Assembly (NCBI GenBank): GCA_903889965.1
Contig: CAISZM010000028.1
Location: 9,831-73,830, forward strand
Origin: an uncultured Elusimicrobia bacterium
GTDB lineage: Bacteria > Elusimicrobiota > Elusimicrobia > Elusimicrobiales > UBA9959
Direction: 5' to 3'
Length of the DNA stretch: 64,000 nucleotides
Shown piece by piece: positions 1 to 10,924 of the stretch. Under the pieces are notes generated by a model. It had not been told where the DNA came from. It was given only the letters and a program-made list of their open reading frames with translations, and made no database searches. Positions within the stretch are counted from its first letter, which is position 1; every line of letters begins with the position of its first letter. The position numbers were made by a program, and so were the translations under genes.

Positions 1-1
1 G

Positions 2-196
2 GTGGGGATGCAGGGCTTTGTTAAGGCCATGGCATTTGTATTTCCGGCTAAAGATTTTTCTATGGGACTAATTGTGATGATTTTATCGATGATCTTCATC
101 GGTTGCATCGGCACTGGCGTACATCTTTTTGTCGAGAAACCATTACAGAAGATGATGAAAGCAAAAAAACTGTCTTTCTCTGTAAAAACGACATAG
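2..196 (+). CDS. Partial (5'-truncated by window) membrane protein, probably acyltransferase-3/OafA family C-terminus
   Basis: Hydrophobic helix followed by 'HLFVEKPLQK', resembling the 'Y..VEKP' ending of acyltransferase-3 proteins; ORF open at the window edge. Confidence 0.5.
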   Translation: MGMQGFVKAMAFVFPAKDFSMGLIVMILSMIFIGCIGTGVHLFVEKPLQKMMKAKKLSFSVKTT

Positions 197-567
197 TAAA
201 GAGTTGTTTTTTGCATGGGTGGGAGGCAGCCCGGAAGCGCAGGAGCGATGCGGCCAAAGGCATCGTTATCACGCTTGTTACGCATGGCATATTGCCATGG
301 GATCGCAAAGAAAGTCAGCTCTGGGCGGCCCACCGGACCGCCGCCCGATACGCATAGCGGTTTCACACGGCCAGGCAGGCCTTTCCGCACGCTCGGCCCA
401 GCGATGGCCCCGCGCGGCGGAGTTGTGAGATTTTTGGGAAAGCGGCCGATTTTTTGTATCATAAAAATAGGCGGAAGGGGAACTCCTTCCGGAAAATTAT
501 CAGGCAGCGGGAGGAATGGAATTAAGGCAAGAAATCGCAATAAACAAGCCTTGGGTTCCCTACAGAT

Positions 568-2085
568 ATGACAGACCAAAGGTATTTGGATTACATAAAC
601 GCGAACAAAGGCAAATTTTCAGACGAAGCCATAGCGGAAGGTCTGCGCAAAGCGGGCGTTCCGCAGACGCAGATAGATGAGGCTTTCGCAGAGGCGGCAA
701 GACCGCCGGCCCCTCCCGCGTATGTGCCGCCGTTAAGGCCGGAACCTCCGGCCCGGCTGACGGAGCCAAGCCAGGCCCCCGTCGCTCCGCAGCAAGCCGC
801 GCCGGCTGCAGACGCCGCCGCGCCGCAGCAGACCGCTCCACCGTTCGATATGCGCGAAGTTCCCGGCGTCATGCTGAAAATTTTAACGGAGCCAGCCGTG
901 TTCTTCAGGCAAATGCCTAAGAAAGGCGGCTGGACGCAACCGGCTTTATTCTGCGCCGTCATGGCCGTGGCTTCCGCGGCGATCAGCCTAGCGGGGGTCT
1001 TGTTGCACATGGGTATGTCGCTGGCCCAGGCGGGCGGCGTTTCTGCCGCCGGCATTTACCTGACCATCCTGCTGAGGGGGATCGTCGCCTGGCCGATATT
1101 CCTTATCGTCGGTCTGGCGGTGGCGACGCTTATCGCCCATGTGTTGTGGATGATCTTGGGATCGCGCGAGGATCTGGAAACCACTTTCCGCTGCGTCGCA
1201 TACCTCAGCGCCGTTGCTCCGGTCAGCTCCGCCGCCCGGCTGGTCCCCTTTATAGGGATCTGGCTGGGTCTGCTCATCTCGCTGTACGGACTCTATCTCT
1301 TCGTGCATGCGTCCGTGGAGGTGCATGGCATTGCGCGGGCCAAAGCTATGGTGGTCTTTGTTATTTTCGCCCTTTTAACCGCATTTATGGCGCTGATCTC
1401 AATGGCGTTTTGGACATATGGGCGCATGCTAAAGAGCTCACCGTTCGCTTCCCTCTTCAGTTCAAGCGGGTCGACCGGCCAGGCGAATGGCGCCGCGGGG
1501 CTCGGGCCGCTGCTTGGCGCCATTTCGGCGCAGCAAGCGTCCCGGTCTCCGGCAGGCCCGGTTCAAGGCTCCGCTTCTGACCAGCCGGCTAATCTGCCGC
1601 AGGCCGCCAACCAATTAATGGGTGCGTTGGGCGCCAACCCTAATGTCCAGGCCGTTGCGGGAGGAGATCTGAAAAACCTCCTGCCGGCGAGCGTGAGCGG
1701 CATGCGCCGCGTGGAGTTCAGCAACGAGAAGTCCGGGCTGGGACAGATGCAGTTCTCCACGGCCAAGGCTGTTTTCCGGGCGGACAGCGGTTCTACCATC
1801 ACACTGAGCATCGGGGATACGGCGAGCTTTAGTAAGATGATGGCCGCTGGCTGGGCCATGATGGACATTGACAAAGAGACCGAGACGGGTTTTGAACGGA
1901 CGCTCTCCTATCGCGGCAGCAAGGCACATGAAATATTCGATCAAAAGATGCGGTCCGGGACTTTTGAAACCGTGGTCCAGGAGAGGTTCCTGGTCAAAGC
2001 CGAAGGCGACGGCGTGGACATGCCGGCCCTGCAGGGGGCCGTAGACCAGATCGATTTCAACGCGCTGCAGCTTCTGGGCAAGTAA
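568..2085 (+). CDS. YIP1-family membrane protein with Pro/Ala-rich N-terminus and soluble C-terminal domain
   Basis: 'ILTEPAVFFRQMP' start of Yip1 domain, about 5 TM helices, 'TFRCVAY', 'VEVHGI'. Confidence 0.75.
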   Translation: MTDQRYLDYINANKGKFSDEAIAEGLRKAGVPQTQIDEAFAEAARPPAPPAYVPPLRPEPPARLTEPSQAPVAPQQAAPAADAAAPQQTAPPFDMREVPGVMLKILTEPAVFFRQMPKKGGWTQPALFCAVMAVASAAISLAGVLLHMGMSLAQAGGVSAAGIYLTILLRGIVAWPIFLIVGLAVATLIAHVLWMILGSREDLETTFRCVAYLSAVAPVSSAARLVPFIGIWLGLLISLYGLYLFVHASVEVHGIARAKAMVVFVIFALLTAFMALISMAFWTYGRMLKSSPFASLFSSSGSTGQANGAAGLGPLLGAISAQQASRSPAGPVQGSASDQPANLPQAANQLMGALGANPNVQAVAGGDLKNLLPASVSGMRRVEFSNEKSGLGQMQFSTAKAVFRADSGSTITLSIGDTASFSKMMAAGWAMMDIDKETETGFERTLSYRGSKAHEIFDQKMRSGTFETVVQERFLVKAEGDGVDMPALQGAVDQIDFNALQLLGK

Positions 2086-2266
2086 GAAAGCCCGGTCCGG
2101 CGCCGTCTTCCCGGCGCGGACACGGCAGGGAGAATATACGCGGCGTGCAGGCGGACATCCTTAAAAATCGCTGGGTAACGCTGCAACCCATGAAGACCGC
2201 GCTGCGCGCCGGCGGGGAACAATACAAAGGTTCCAGGACGCTGAGTAACCGGACCTATTCGAAGAA

Positions 2267-2443
2267 ATGATTTTCCTGCCTAATCCCGGCGGGAGCGCGG
2301 TGTACACGGTTGGTTTTATGTGCCGCGACGAGCACTACCGGGAATACTGCCCTAAGTATGCAACGGTAGTTAAGGGCCTGCGCATCGGGGCTATACCGCC
2401 TTTAAAATACACGCCGGAACCACCGCCGGGCCTTGTTCCTTAA
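2267..2443 (+). pseudogene. 58-aa ORF below track threshold, possibly a gene remnant
   Basis: Translates MIFLPNPGGSAVYTVGFMCRDEHYREYCPKYATVVKGLRIGAIPPLKYTPEPPPGLVP; protein-like composition, weak start context. Confidence 0.25.
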
Positions 2444-2503
2444 AGGCTGGGCGGGAACCGGCTGACCGCTCTGATGCCGCCTACAGCCAAGGAATGTCTT
2501 CCC

Positions 2504-3253
2504 ATGACCAATACGAAAACGGGCTTTTTCACTTTTTACAGGCTTTCCGACAGAGGAAACGGCAAGAAAATGCTTCAGCATGCCACGAAACTTTATTGCC
2601 TGGAAAACTACCTCTCGGTGTTCGGGAAGGAAAACCTGTTCGTAATCGCGGATAATTGCGAGCGGGAAACTATTTCAAAGATCGAAGAGAAAGGAGTTGT
2701 CCCGCTCGTAACGGCGTTAGGCAACAGTGGCTCATTTTTATACGCTCTGGATCTCGCCCTGACCAGGCTGGATGATGAGGACTATGTGTATTTTGTCGAG
2801 GACGATTATCTTCACTTGCCGGGCTCGCGGGAGCTCTTAAAAGAGGGGCTGGAAATAGCCGATTACGCGACTGTGTACGACCATCCCGACAAATACGTGA
2901 ATTTTTCCGGGGGCGGTTCCAACCCGTTCGTTCAAGACGGGGGAGAGCTCTCCCGCGTACTTCTGACAAAAAGTACTCACTGGAAAGAAACGAATTCAAC
3001 CCCGATGACCTTCGCCGTTTCCGTAAAAATACTCAGAGAAGATCAGGCTTTTTGGAAAGGATACAAAAAGAACAGTTTCCGCCTGTTTTGTCAGCTCAGG
3101 GGAGAACCCCGGGGGGGCGTGGATAAAATAAAAAGAATACTGTTCGGGCGGCGGCCGAAAAAACCCAGGAGAATTGTTTCCAGCATTCCAGGGCGGAGCA
3201 CCCATTGTGAAACAGCGTGGCTTTCTCCTTTTGTGGACTGGACAAAGGTGTAG
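2504..3253 (+). CDS. Glycosyltransferase-like protein (GT-A fold)
   Basis: 'VIADNC' and 'YVYFVEDDYLH' DxD-like motif; start ATG 2504 preferred over 2474. Confidence 0.65.
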   Translation: MTNTKTGFFTFYRLSDRGNGKKMLQHATKLYCLENYLSVFGKENLFVIADNCERETISKIEEKGVVPLVTALGNSGSFLYALDLALTRLDDEDYVYFVEDDYLHLPGSRELLKEGLEIADYATVYDHPDKYVNFSGGGSNPFVQDGGELSRVLLTKSTHWKETNSTPMTFAVSVKILREDQAFWKGYKKNSFRLFCQLRGEPRGGVDKIKRILFGRRPKKPRRIVSSIPGRSTHCETAWLSPFVDWTKV

Positions 3254-3334
3254 CCGCCGCAGTCCATTGGCCCGAATCGTATTGTTTGCGGCGTTCTTCT
3301 GCAAGCGCCGGGGTCTATTCCCCGATTTTTATCT

Positions 3335-5134
3335 TTAGCCGCGGCTGCGTGTTTCCAGTTCTTCCCAGCGCTTGAACAAAGTTGATACTCTTTTTCGGGC
3401 CTCTTCCAGTTTTTCCTGTCTGCGGTGAAGTTCCTCGGCGTCGGTGGCTATGGACGGATCTTCCAGCGCGGCGGCAGCCTGGGCCGCTCTTTTCTCCGCG
3501 GTCTTTATCAAGTCTTCCATGTTGCGCAGTTCGGCCGCTTCTTTGTGGCCGAGCGCCGGCTCTTTGACGACTTCGTCCGCGGCGGCCTTCGCACCCGGGG
3601 CGGCGTCGCGCAGGGCCTTCCATTCCTCCCACTGTTCCAAACCGCCGAAAAAGCCGTGTCCGCCTTTCCCGTCCAGGCCAAGTATGGCCCCGCACAATCT
3701 GTCCAGGAGGTAGCGGTCGTGCGTTACCAGAATTAGAGCGCCAGGGAAATCCCTCAGGTTCGCCTCCAGGACCTCCAGCGACCTTATGTCCAGGTCGTTG
3801 GTCGGCTCATCCAGAAGCAGCAGGTCCGCGGGCGTGCGCATAAGCCCGGCTATGAGCACCCGCGACTGCTCGCCTCCTGAAAGCCTGCTGAGGGGGAAGT
3901 CCAGCTGCTCGGGGCGGAACAAAAAGCGGTTGGCCCAGCTGTTGATGTGCACAAAAACCCCTCTGTACTCTACGTGTTCTCCGGCCGGGCATAGCGCCCG
4001 GCGCAGCGTCAAATTCAGGTCCAGCTGGTCGCGGTGCTGGTCGAATACCGAGACTTTAAGGCCTTCGGCCAGTTTTACCAGGCCCGTATCCGCGGGGAGG
4101 GTCCCGGCCAGCATTTTTAAAAGGGTGGTCTTCCCGCTGCCGTTCTCGCCTATCAGGCCCAGCTTGTCGCCTGGACGCAGCGCCAGGTCCAGCGGGCCGA
4201 ATAGCCTGCGCCCGCCCAGCGTCTTGGAGACCCCGACGGCGTTCACCAGCCTGTTCGCCTGGCGTTCCCCGGAGATAAAATCGATGACGGTAGCCCTGCC
4301 TTGCGCGTTCCGGTATTCCAGCTCTGAAAGTTCGCCTATAAGGCGGCCGGCGCGGTCTATGCGGGCTTTCTGTTTGGTGGCGCGCGCACGGGGGCCTTTG
4401 CGCAGCCACGCTATCTCGCCGCGCACGATGTTGCGCACCGAATCCTCGCGCGAAGCTTGCGCGTCCAGGAACGCTTCCCTGTTCTCCAGGAACTGGCTGT
4501 AATTTCCGGAGCTGCTGAAATGCCCTGAGGGGTAGCGGCGGTCCAGCTCTATCACCCGGCTGCACACACGCTCCAGGAAGCTGCGGTCGTGGGTGACCAC
4601 CAGAAAAGAAAAAGTGAGACCAGTTAAAAAACCTTCAAGCCACAGCACGCCTTCCAGGTCCAGGTGGTTGGTCGGCTCGTCCAGCAGCAGCAGGTCCGGT
4701 TCGCGCACCACCTGCGCGAGTATCGCGAGCCTCTTGCGCCAGCCGCCCGAAAGTTTCGCTACGGCCTGGTCAGGGTCTTTAAAGCCGGCCCTGTCCATGC
4801 CCGCCGTTATACGCGCCTCGGCCATGTAATCCTCAAGGCCCAGGCCTTCCAGCGCGGCGTCAAGGAAACCGCGCACGGTGAGGCCGCGCGGAGCGTCTTC
4901 AGCTTTATCCTGCTGCGGCAGATAGCCTACGCGCAAGCCGCGGCGCGCCGCCAGTTTGCCGCCGTCGGGAGTTTCAAGGCCGGCCAGTATCTTCAACAGG
5001 GTGGATTTGCCCATGCCGTTTGGGCCTATCAGGCCCGTGCGTTCGCCGTTGAAAAGGCCGAAAGACAACCCCTCGAACAGGGGCCGAGTTCCGTAGCTTT
5101 TTGAAAGTTCCTGACAGCTTAGAAGTATGGCCAC
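3335..5134 (-). CDS. uup: ABC-F family ATPase (Uup-like)
   Basis: Two ABC cassettes (GPNGMGKS/LSGGW/LLLDEPTNHLD; GENGSGKT/LSGGE/DEPTNDLD), no TM segments, C-terminal coiled coil ending 'RWEELE'; GTG start at 5134. Confidence 0.88.
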   Translation of the reverse strand: MAILLSCQELSKSYGTRPLFEGLSFGLFNGERTGLIGPNGMGKSTLLKILAGLETPDGGKLAARRGLRVGYLPQQDKAEDAPRGLTVRGFLDAALEGLGLEDYMAEARITAGMDRAGFKDPDQAVAKLSGGWRKRLAILAQVVREPDLLLLDEPTNHLDLEGVLWLEGFLTGLTFSFLVVTHDRSFLERVCSRVIELDRRYPSGHFSSSGNYSQFLENREAFLDAQASREDSVRNIVRGEIAWLRKGPRARATKQKARIDRAGRLIGELSELEYRNAQGRATVIDFISGERQANRLVNAVGVSKTLGGRRLFGPLDLALRPGDKLGLIGENGSGKTTLLKMLAGTLPADTGLVKLAEGLKVSVFDQHRDQLDLNLTLRRALCPAGEHVEYRGVFVHINSWANRFLFRPEQLDFPLSRLSGGEQSRVLIAGLMRTPADLLLLDEPTNDLDIRSLEVLEANLRDFPGALILVTHDRYLLDRLCGAILGLDGKGGHGFFGGLEQWEEWKALRDAAPGAKAAADEVVKEPALGHKEAAELRNMEDLIKTAEKRAAQAAAALEDPSIATDAEELHRRQEKLEEARKRVSTLFKRWEELETRSRG

Positions 5135-5204
5135 AGTGATATTATACAAGGTTGACCCGCCCGGCGCTCCCCGGCTGGCGTCAAGAAGTGTTAAAATCAC
5201 CTTA

Positions 5205-6230
5205 ATGACGGACTTGCAAGAAAAAATAAAAGTCATGCCTAAGGCGGAACTGCACCGGCACCTTGAAGGCTGCGTGCGCGTCGGCACCGTCGTGGATATG
5301 GCCCGCCGCCACGGACTTAAACTGCCAACCTTCGACCCTGCGGGCCTTGAAGACGTCTATAAACTGCGCGCTCCCGGCGCTTCGCTGCTCGAGGTGCTGG
5401 GCCGGTTCGAGCTGGCGCAGGCTTCGTTCGCCTCTTATGAAGCGGTGGAGCGCATAACTTACGAGGCGCTGGAAGACGCCTATAACAAAGAGAACATACG
5501 CCTGCTCGAACTGCGCTATAGCCCGGATTTTATGCTGAAAGAAAAGCGCCTGGACTGGCAGAAGGCGCACGATATAATAAATTCGACCGCTGAAAAATTT
5601 GAGAAAGCCAGCAACATGGTCTGCGGTGTTATCCTTATCGCCTCCCGCAGCTACGGCATGGGCTCAGCGCTGAAGACGGCCGCTTTCGCCGTCAGCAACA
5701 AAAAGACCGTTATCGGCTTCGACCTGGCGGACAACGAGGCGGATTACCCGTCTTCGCTTTATACCGAGGTGGCGAGGGGTTTGGCCGCCGCCGGGCTCCC
5801 GCTCACGGTCCATTCCGGCGAGGAAGGACATTACTCGCGGGTGCGGGAGACCATCGAGGAACTGCGGCCGCGCCGAATAGGGCACGGCGTGAAAGCCGCC
5901 GACGACGCCTCGGGCGCGCTCATGGAGCTGATAAAAGAACGCGGGATAACCGTGGAGACCAACCCCTGGAGCAACTATCTCACGCGGGCGGTGCCGTCCG
6001 TGGAGGCCCACCCGCTTAAAAGGTTCATAAATGCGGGGCTGCGCTGCTCCATAGGGGCCGACGATCCTGAAATACTGGACACCCATTTGAACAAGGAATA
6101 CGCCCTAGCCGTGGGCAGGATGGGACTCTCGCTCGAAGATATACAATATACGCTGAAATGCGCCGTGGAAGGTTCTTTCCTGACGCCCGACAAGAAACAG
6201 CAGGCGGCTAAAGAACTGGGAGTGAAATAG
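5205..6230 (+). CDS. add: Adenosine deaminase
   Basis: 'PKAELHRHLEG', 'TVHSGEE', 'RRIGHG', 'ADDP' metal-binding motifs. Confidence 0.9.
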   Translation: MTDLQEKIKVMPKAELHRHLEGCVRVGTVVDMARRHGLKLPTFDPAGLEDVYKLRAPGASLLEVLGRFELAQASFASYEAVERITYEALEDAYNKENIRLLELRYSPDFMLKEKRLDWQKAHDIINSTAEKFEKASNMVCGVILIASRSYGMGSALKTAAFAVSNKKTVIGFDLADNEADYPSSLYTEVARGLAAAGLPLTVHSGEEGHYSRVRETIEELRPRRIGHGVKAADDASGALMELIKERGITVETNPWSNYLTRAVPSVEAHPLKRFINAGLRCSIGADDPEILDTHLNKEYALAVGRMGLSLEDIQYTLKCAVEGSFLTPDKKQQAAKELGVK

Positions 6231-6307
6231 CGCGATTTGGCGGCTCCGCGGGGACGCCGGTTTTTCGGGATAATCTTTAAAAAAACACGGTTTACAAGGA
6301 CTATACA

Positions 6308-7996
<1,689 letters not shown>

Positions 7997-8024
7997 GGCG
8001 CGCGTTTCCGGCCGAAGACCGGGA

Positions 8025-8062
8025 AAGCAAAAAACCGCCGGGAGACCGGCGGTTTTTTGCTT
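8025..8062. terminator. Bidirectional intrinsic terminator
   Basis: aagcaaaaaaccgccgg-gaga-ccggcggttttttgctt perfect hairpin with A/T tracts, between convergent genes. Confidence 0.9.
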
Positions 8063-8075
8063 GGGCGCCCCGGGC

Positions 8076-8486
8076 TTAATTAAGGCCCTGATAAGTCTTA
8101 AGCACTTCCAGCGCCTTCTTGGTGTCGGAAACGTTCAGGAGCAGCCTGCCGCTTGACCCGCCGAAGGATGTGCCGTACACGGTAGTGATGTTCACGTCGC
8201 TTTCCCAGAGCAGCTTGGTGAGGCGCTTCAGTTCGCCGGGTTTATCCGCCAGCTCGACCGAGATCATGGAGGTCTCTATGGTGGTGAACCCGGCCGCGGT
8301 CAGCACGTGGCTTACCTTGCGGCCCGCGTCTACGGAAACGCGTACGACGCCGGAATCATCCCTTATCTCGGAGGCGATGCCTATGATATTTATCCCCTCA
8401 TCCGCGAAAAGCTCTACGAACTTGTTAAGCGCGCCCGGGACATTGGGGAGGAATACGGTGTATTGACTGACAAGTTTGGCTGGCAT
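8076..8486 (-). CDS. ACT domain-containing protein (two ACT repeats)
   Basis: 'VFLPNVPGAL...GINI' and 'VELADKPGEL...DVNI' ACT motifs. Confidence 0.85.
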   Translation of the reverse strand: MPAKLVSQYTVFLPNVPGALNKFVELFADEGINIIGIASEIRDDSGVVRVSVDAGRKVSHVLTAAGFTTIETSMISVELADKPGELKRLTKLLWESDVNITTVYGTSFGGSSGRLLLNVSDTKKALEVLKTYQGLN

Positions 8487-8671
8487 AGTGGCTCCGGCTG
8501 TACGCTTCCGGCCGCCTGGCGGTCCGGTCCGCTGCGCTTACAATTAAATAATTTTTGGCGCCTCCGGTAAAGCGGCATCAGTATTACTCCCCGCGGATCC
8601 AGGCCCCGCGCGGAAACCCGCGGCGGGCCGGGGAAAGCTGGGGAGAAAAGTTATATAATAAAAATCGGAGC

Positions 8672-9217
8672 ATGAAAATATTTCCCGAGGGAAAATCCCG
8701 GATTTTGTCCTGGATATGCGTTGTGTGCGCGGCAGTTTCCGGAATCCAGACGCTGAGGACGGCCGCGGACCTGCTTGAATTCCTGGCCATCTCCTCCACT
8801 CCGGTTTTCCTTCTGTCCATAGCGCGCTCCAGCGTACCGGTGGACATGCCTCCGCTGGCGGATTTCGCGGCGAAACATATGTTTTTGGTGTTCGCTTTAG
8901 CCGTCGTTTTCTGGCTGACGGTCTTGCTGCTGTCGCTGGGCGTGCTGGGCAGGCGGGAATGGGCCCGGCGCGGCGCCGTGGGAATGCTTTATCTCCTCAG
9001 CGCCATTTCTCTGCTGCTGCTCCTCTGCCCGCAACTGGCCGTGCCGCAACCGCTTGTCTACAGAGGGGTCTCGATGGCGCCGGAATTCAACTCGGTGGTA
9101 ATGGCGGCGTCGCTGCTGCTCAGACTTGTTTCGATGGCGGCGGGCGGCGTCTGCCTTTGGTGGGCGCTGGCGCTGGACCGCGGCGGGTTCAGGAAGGAAT
9201 TTAAAACTCGGTTTTGA
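8672..9217 (+). CDS. Hypothetical 4-TM membrane protein, first gene of the rSAM operon
   Basis: GGAG SD before ATG 8672; four hydrophobic helices; stop 3 bp before the next ORF. Confidence 0.7.
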   Translation: MKIFPEGKSRILSWICVVCAAVSGIQTLRTAADLLEFLAISSTPVFLLSIARSSVPVDMPPLADFAAKHMFLVFALAVVFWLTVLLLSLGVLGRREWARRGAVGMLYLLSAISLLLLLCPQLAVPQPLVYRGVSMAPEFNSVVMAASLLLRLVSMAAGGVCLWWALALDRGGFRKEFKTRF

Positions 9218-9220
9218 GGG

Positions 9221-10900
9221 ATGGATATGAAAAAAACAAAGCTCTGGATCGCCGCGGCGCTCTTCTTCGCCTGCCCGGCCGTAAATTCTCTGGCCGCCGG
9301 CTTTAAAATGAACTGGGTAGAAACCGAGGTGGTGGTGGACAAGGACGGCAAGGCCCAGGTGTCGTACGCGGTGAGGTGGACAGGCCAGGGCGGGCAGCTG
9401 CACGGCTTCTATTTTGAGGGCTTTCAGGAGACCCCGGTTTTCGATAACGAGCACGCCTACGCTCTCGACAGCGACGGAAATAAGTACCGGCTTGAGATCA
9501 ATAAACTCTCCGATAAAAAATACGACATAATACTGGCCGGAGGCCAGGCCTTCTCCCAGGGGGAGATAACTTATTTCTTCCGCTACGCGGCGGACCTCGA
9601 GGATTCCGGGAACATCACGCAGACCATGGACGGCGACAAGCGGCTCGCCGTGTTCAACTGGTCTCCCGTGCAATGGGACGATGCGCTGGATCACGAGGCG
9701 CTGACCGTGCGCTTCCCGGTCGCGCTCGCGGCCCCGGCGGTAGACGACGCCGTCCTGGCCAAGCTGTATTTCCGCACCGAGAAGTTCGTGAACGAGCGCT
9801 ACTCTATAGACTATCCGACGGTGAAGAACGCCGAGGGAAAGGATGTTTTCAGCGTCAGGTTCTTCCGCAAGGGGCTTGGCAGCCGCTATCATTTCCAGGT
9901 GCAGGTGTACCTTGACGCGGTTAATTTCGGTCTGAAAACAATGGCCTACGGCAGCCTGACCGCGGCCGCCCCGGCTCACACTAAATATATGCCGGCTTAC
10001 GAGGGGTTTTACCTTAACCGCCTGTTTCCCGGCAGCATGCTTTCCGGCTTCCCCATGACCCGCGGCGAAACCATATTCCTGATAATGATCATGGCGGTGT
10101 TCTTTGTGGCCGCGCCGTTCCTGATAATGACCGCGAAGCACAAAGCTATGCTGACCGCGCAGGCCGGCATTTCGGCGGTGAACTGGGACGGTACGGAGTG
10201 GACCCCTCCCAAGTCCCAGTTGAGCAGCTTCCGCGTACCCGGCAAGATAGCGAAGAACCTGAACCCGCTGGAGGCGGGCGTAGTGATGGGGCTCCCGATA
10301 TCGGAAATGCTGGGCCTGATGGTGGCCAATATGGAACGGAAGGGACTGCTCAAGATAAACGCCTACTCGCCGCTTACCGTGGAGCGGCAGCCCGGCATTA
10401 ATTCCAGCAACGATCCTTATGAGACCGCCCTGCTGGCCTCGATACAGCCCGACGGCACACTGGAACAGGCTGGCGCGGAGGCGGCGCTTAAGACCCTGAC
10501 CTCCGGGCTGGAACAGAAGATATGGGACTGCGACCTGGAGGCCACCAAAAAGTATTACAGCGAACAGTTGGACAGCCGCGGGCAGCAGGGTACGGACACC
10601 GACAATGCCTATTACTGGGGCGGCTTCCGCAGGCATTACCAGAATTATCAAAATCCCGCTTATGACAAAGCCGTCAAAGCGGGCGAGGGGCTTAAAACTT
10701 CGCTGCCGGCCGAGCTTAACTCCGGGTTCGACTCTTTCCGCGGCTCAAAGCTGTGCTATGCCGGCGCTTTTGCCAACTCTGCCTGCCATGACGCGTGCCA
10801 CTCTGCCTGCCATGACGCGTGCCATTCGGCCTGCCATTCAGCCTGCCACTCGGCCTGTCACGGGGCCTGCCACGGGGCCTGCGTCAGCAGCGGCCATTAG
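9221..10900 (+). CDS. DUF2207-like single-pass membrane protein with C-terminal (A-C-H-x)9 Cys/His repeat; candidate radical SAM substrate
   Basis: Signal peptide MKKTKLWIAAALFF..., 'EVVVDKDGKAQV' and 'W...W...LTVRFP' DUF2207-like ectodomain, one TM (IFLIMIMAVFFVAAPFLIM), Cys/His tail; true start may be 9227. Confidence 0.75.
   Translation: MDMKKTKLWIAAALFFACPAVNSLAAGFKMNWVETEVVVDKDGKAQVSYAVRWTGQGGQLHGFYFEGFQETPVFDNEHAYALDSDGNKYRLEINKLSDKKYDIILAGGQAFSQGEITYFFRYAADLEDSGNITQTMDGDKRLAVFNWSPVQWDDALDHEALTVRFPVALAAPAVDDAVLAKLYFRTEKFVNERYSIDYPTVKNAEGKDVFSVRFFRKGLGSRYHFQVQVYLDAVNFGLKTMAYGSLTAAAPAHTKYMPAYEGFYLNRLFPGSMLSGFPMTRGETIFLIMIMAVFFVAAPFLIMTAKHKAMLTAQAGISAVNWDGTEWTPPKSQLSSFRVPGKIAKNLNPLEAGVVMGLPISEMLGLMVANMERKGLLKINAYSPLTVERQPGINSSNDPYETALLASIQPDGTLEQAGAEAALKTLTSGLEQKIWDCDLEATKKYYSEQLDSRGQQGTDTDNAYYWGGFRRHYQNYQNPAYDKAVKAGEGLKTSLPAELNSGFDSFRGSKLCYAGAFANSACHDACHSACHDACHSACHSACHSACHGACHGACVSSGH
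10778..10889 (+). repeat. 12-bp coding tandem repeat, about 9 copies, encoding ACH[D/S/G]
   Basis: gcctgccatgac gcgtgccactct gcctgccatgac gcgtgccattcg gcctgccattca gcctgccactcg gcctgtcacggg gcctgccacggg gcctgc. Confidence 0.95.
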
Positions 10901-10924
10901 GACAGGGCGGCGCAACAAAGGATA

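Noticed and set aside
5205-6230. Adenosine deaminase as a 5'-deoxyadenosine salvage partner of the rSAM
   Set aside because: Separated from the rSAM operon by ettA, a terminator and an opposite-strand gene; no evidence of linkage
8897-10651. Long antisense ORFs (also 19073-20962, 37160-38608, 45501-47237, 54080-55687, 57974-59857)
   Set aside because: Shadow frames of well-supported GC-rich genes, with no recognisable motifs
10784-10882. CxxxCH repeats as c-type heme-binding motifs
   Set aside because: Spacing is CX3CH and overlapping rather than discrete CxxCH; the tail is predicted cytoplasmic; no cytochrome c maturation genes nearby
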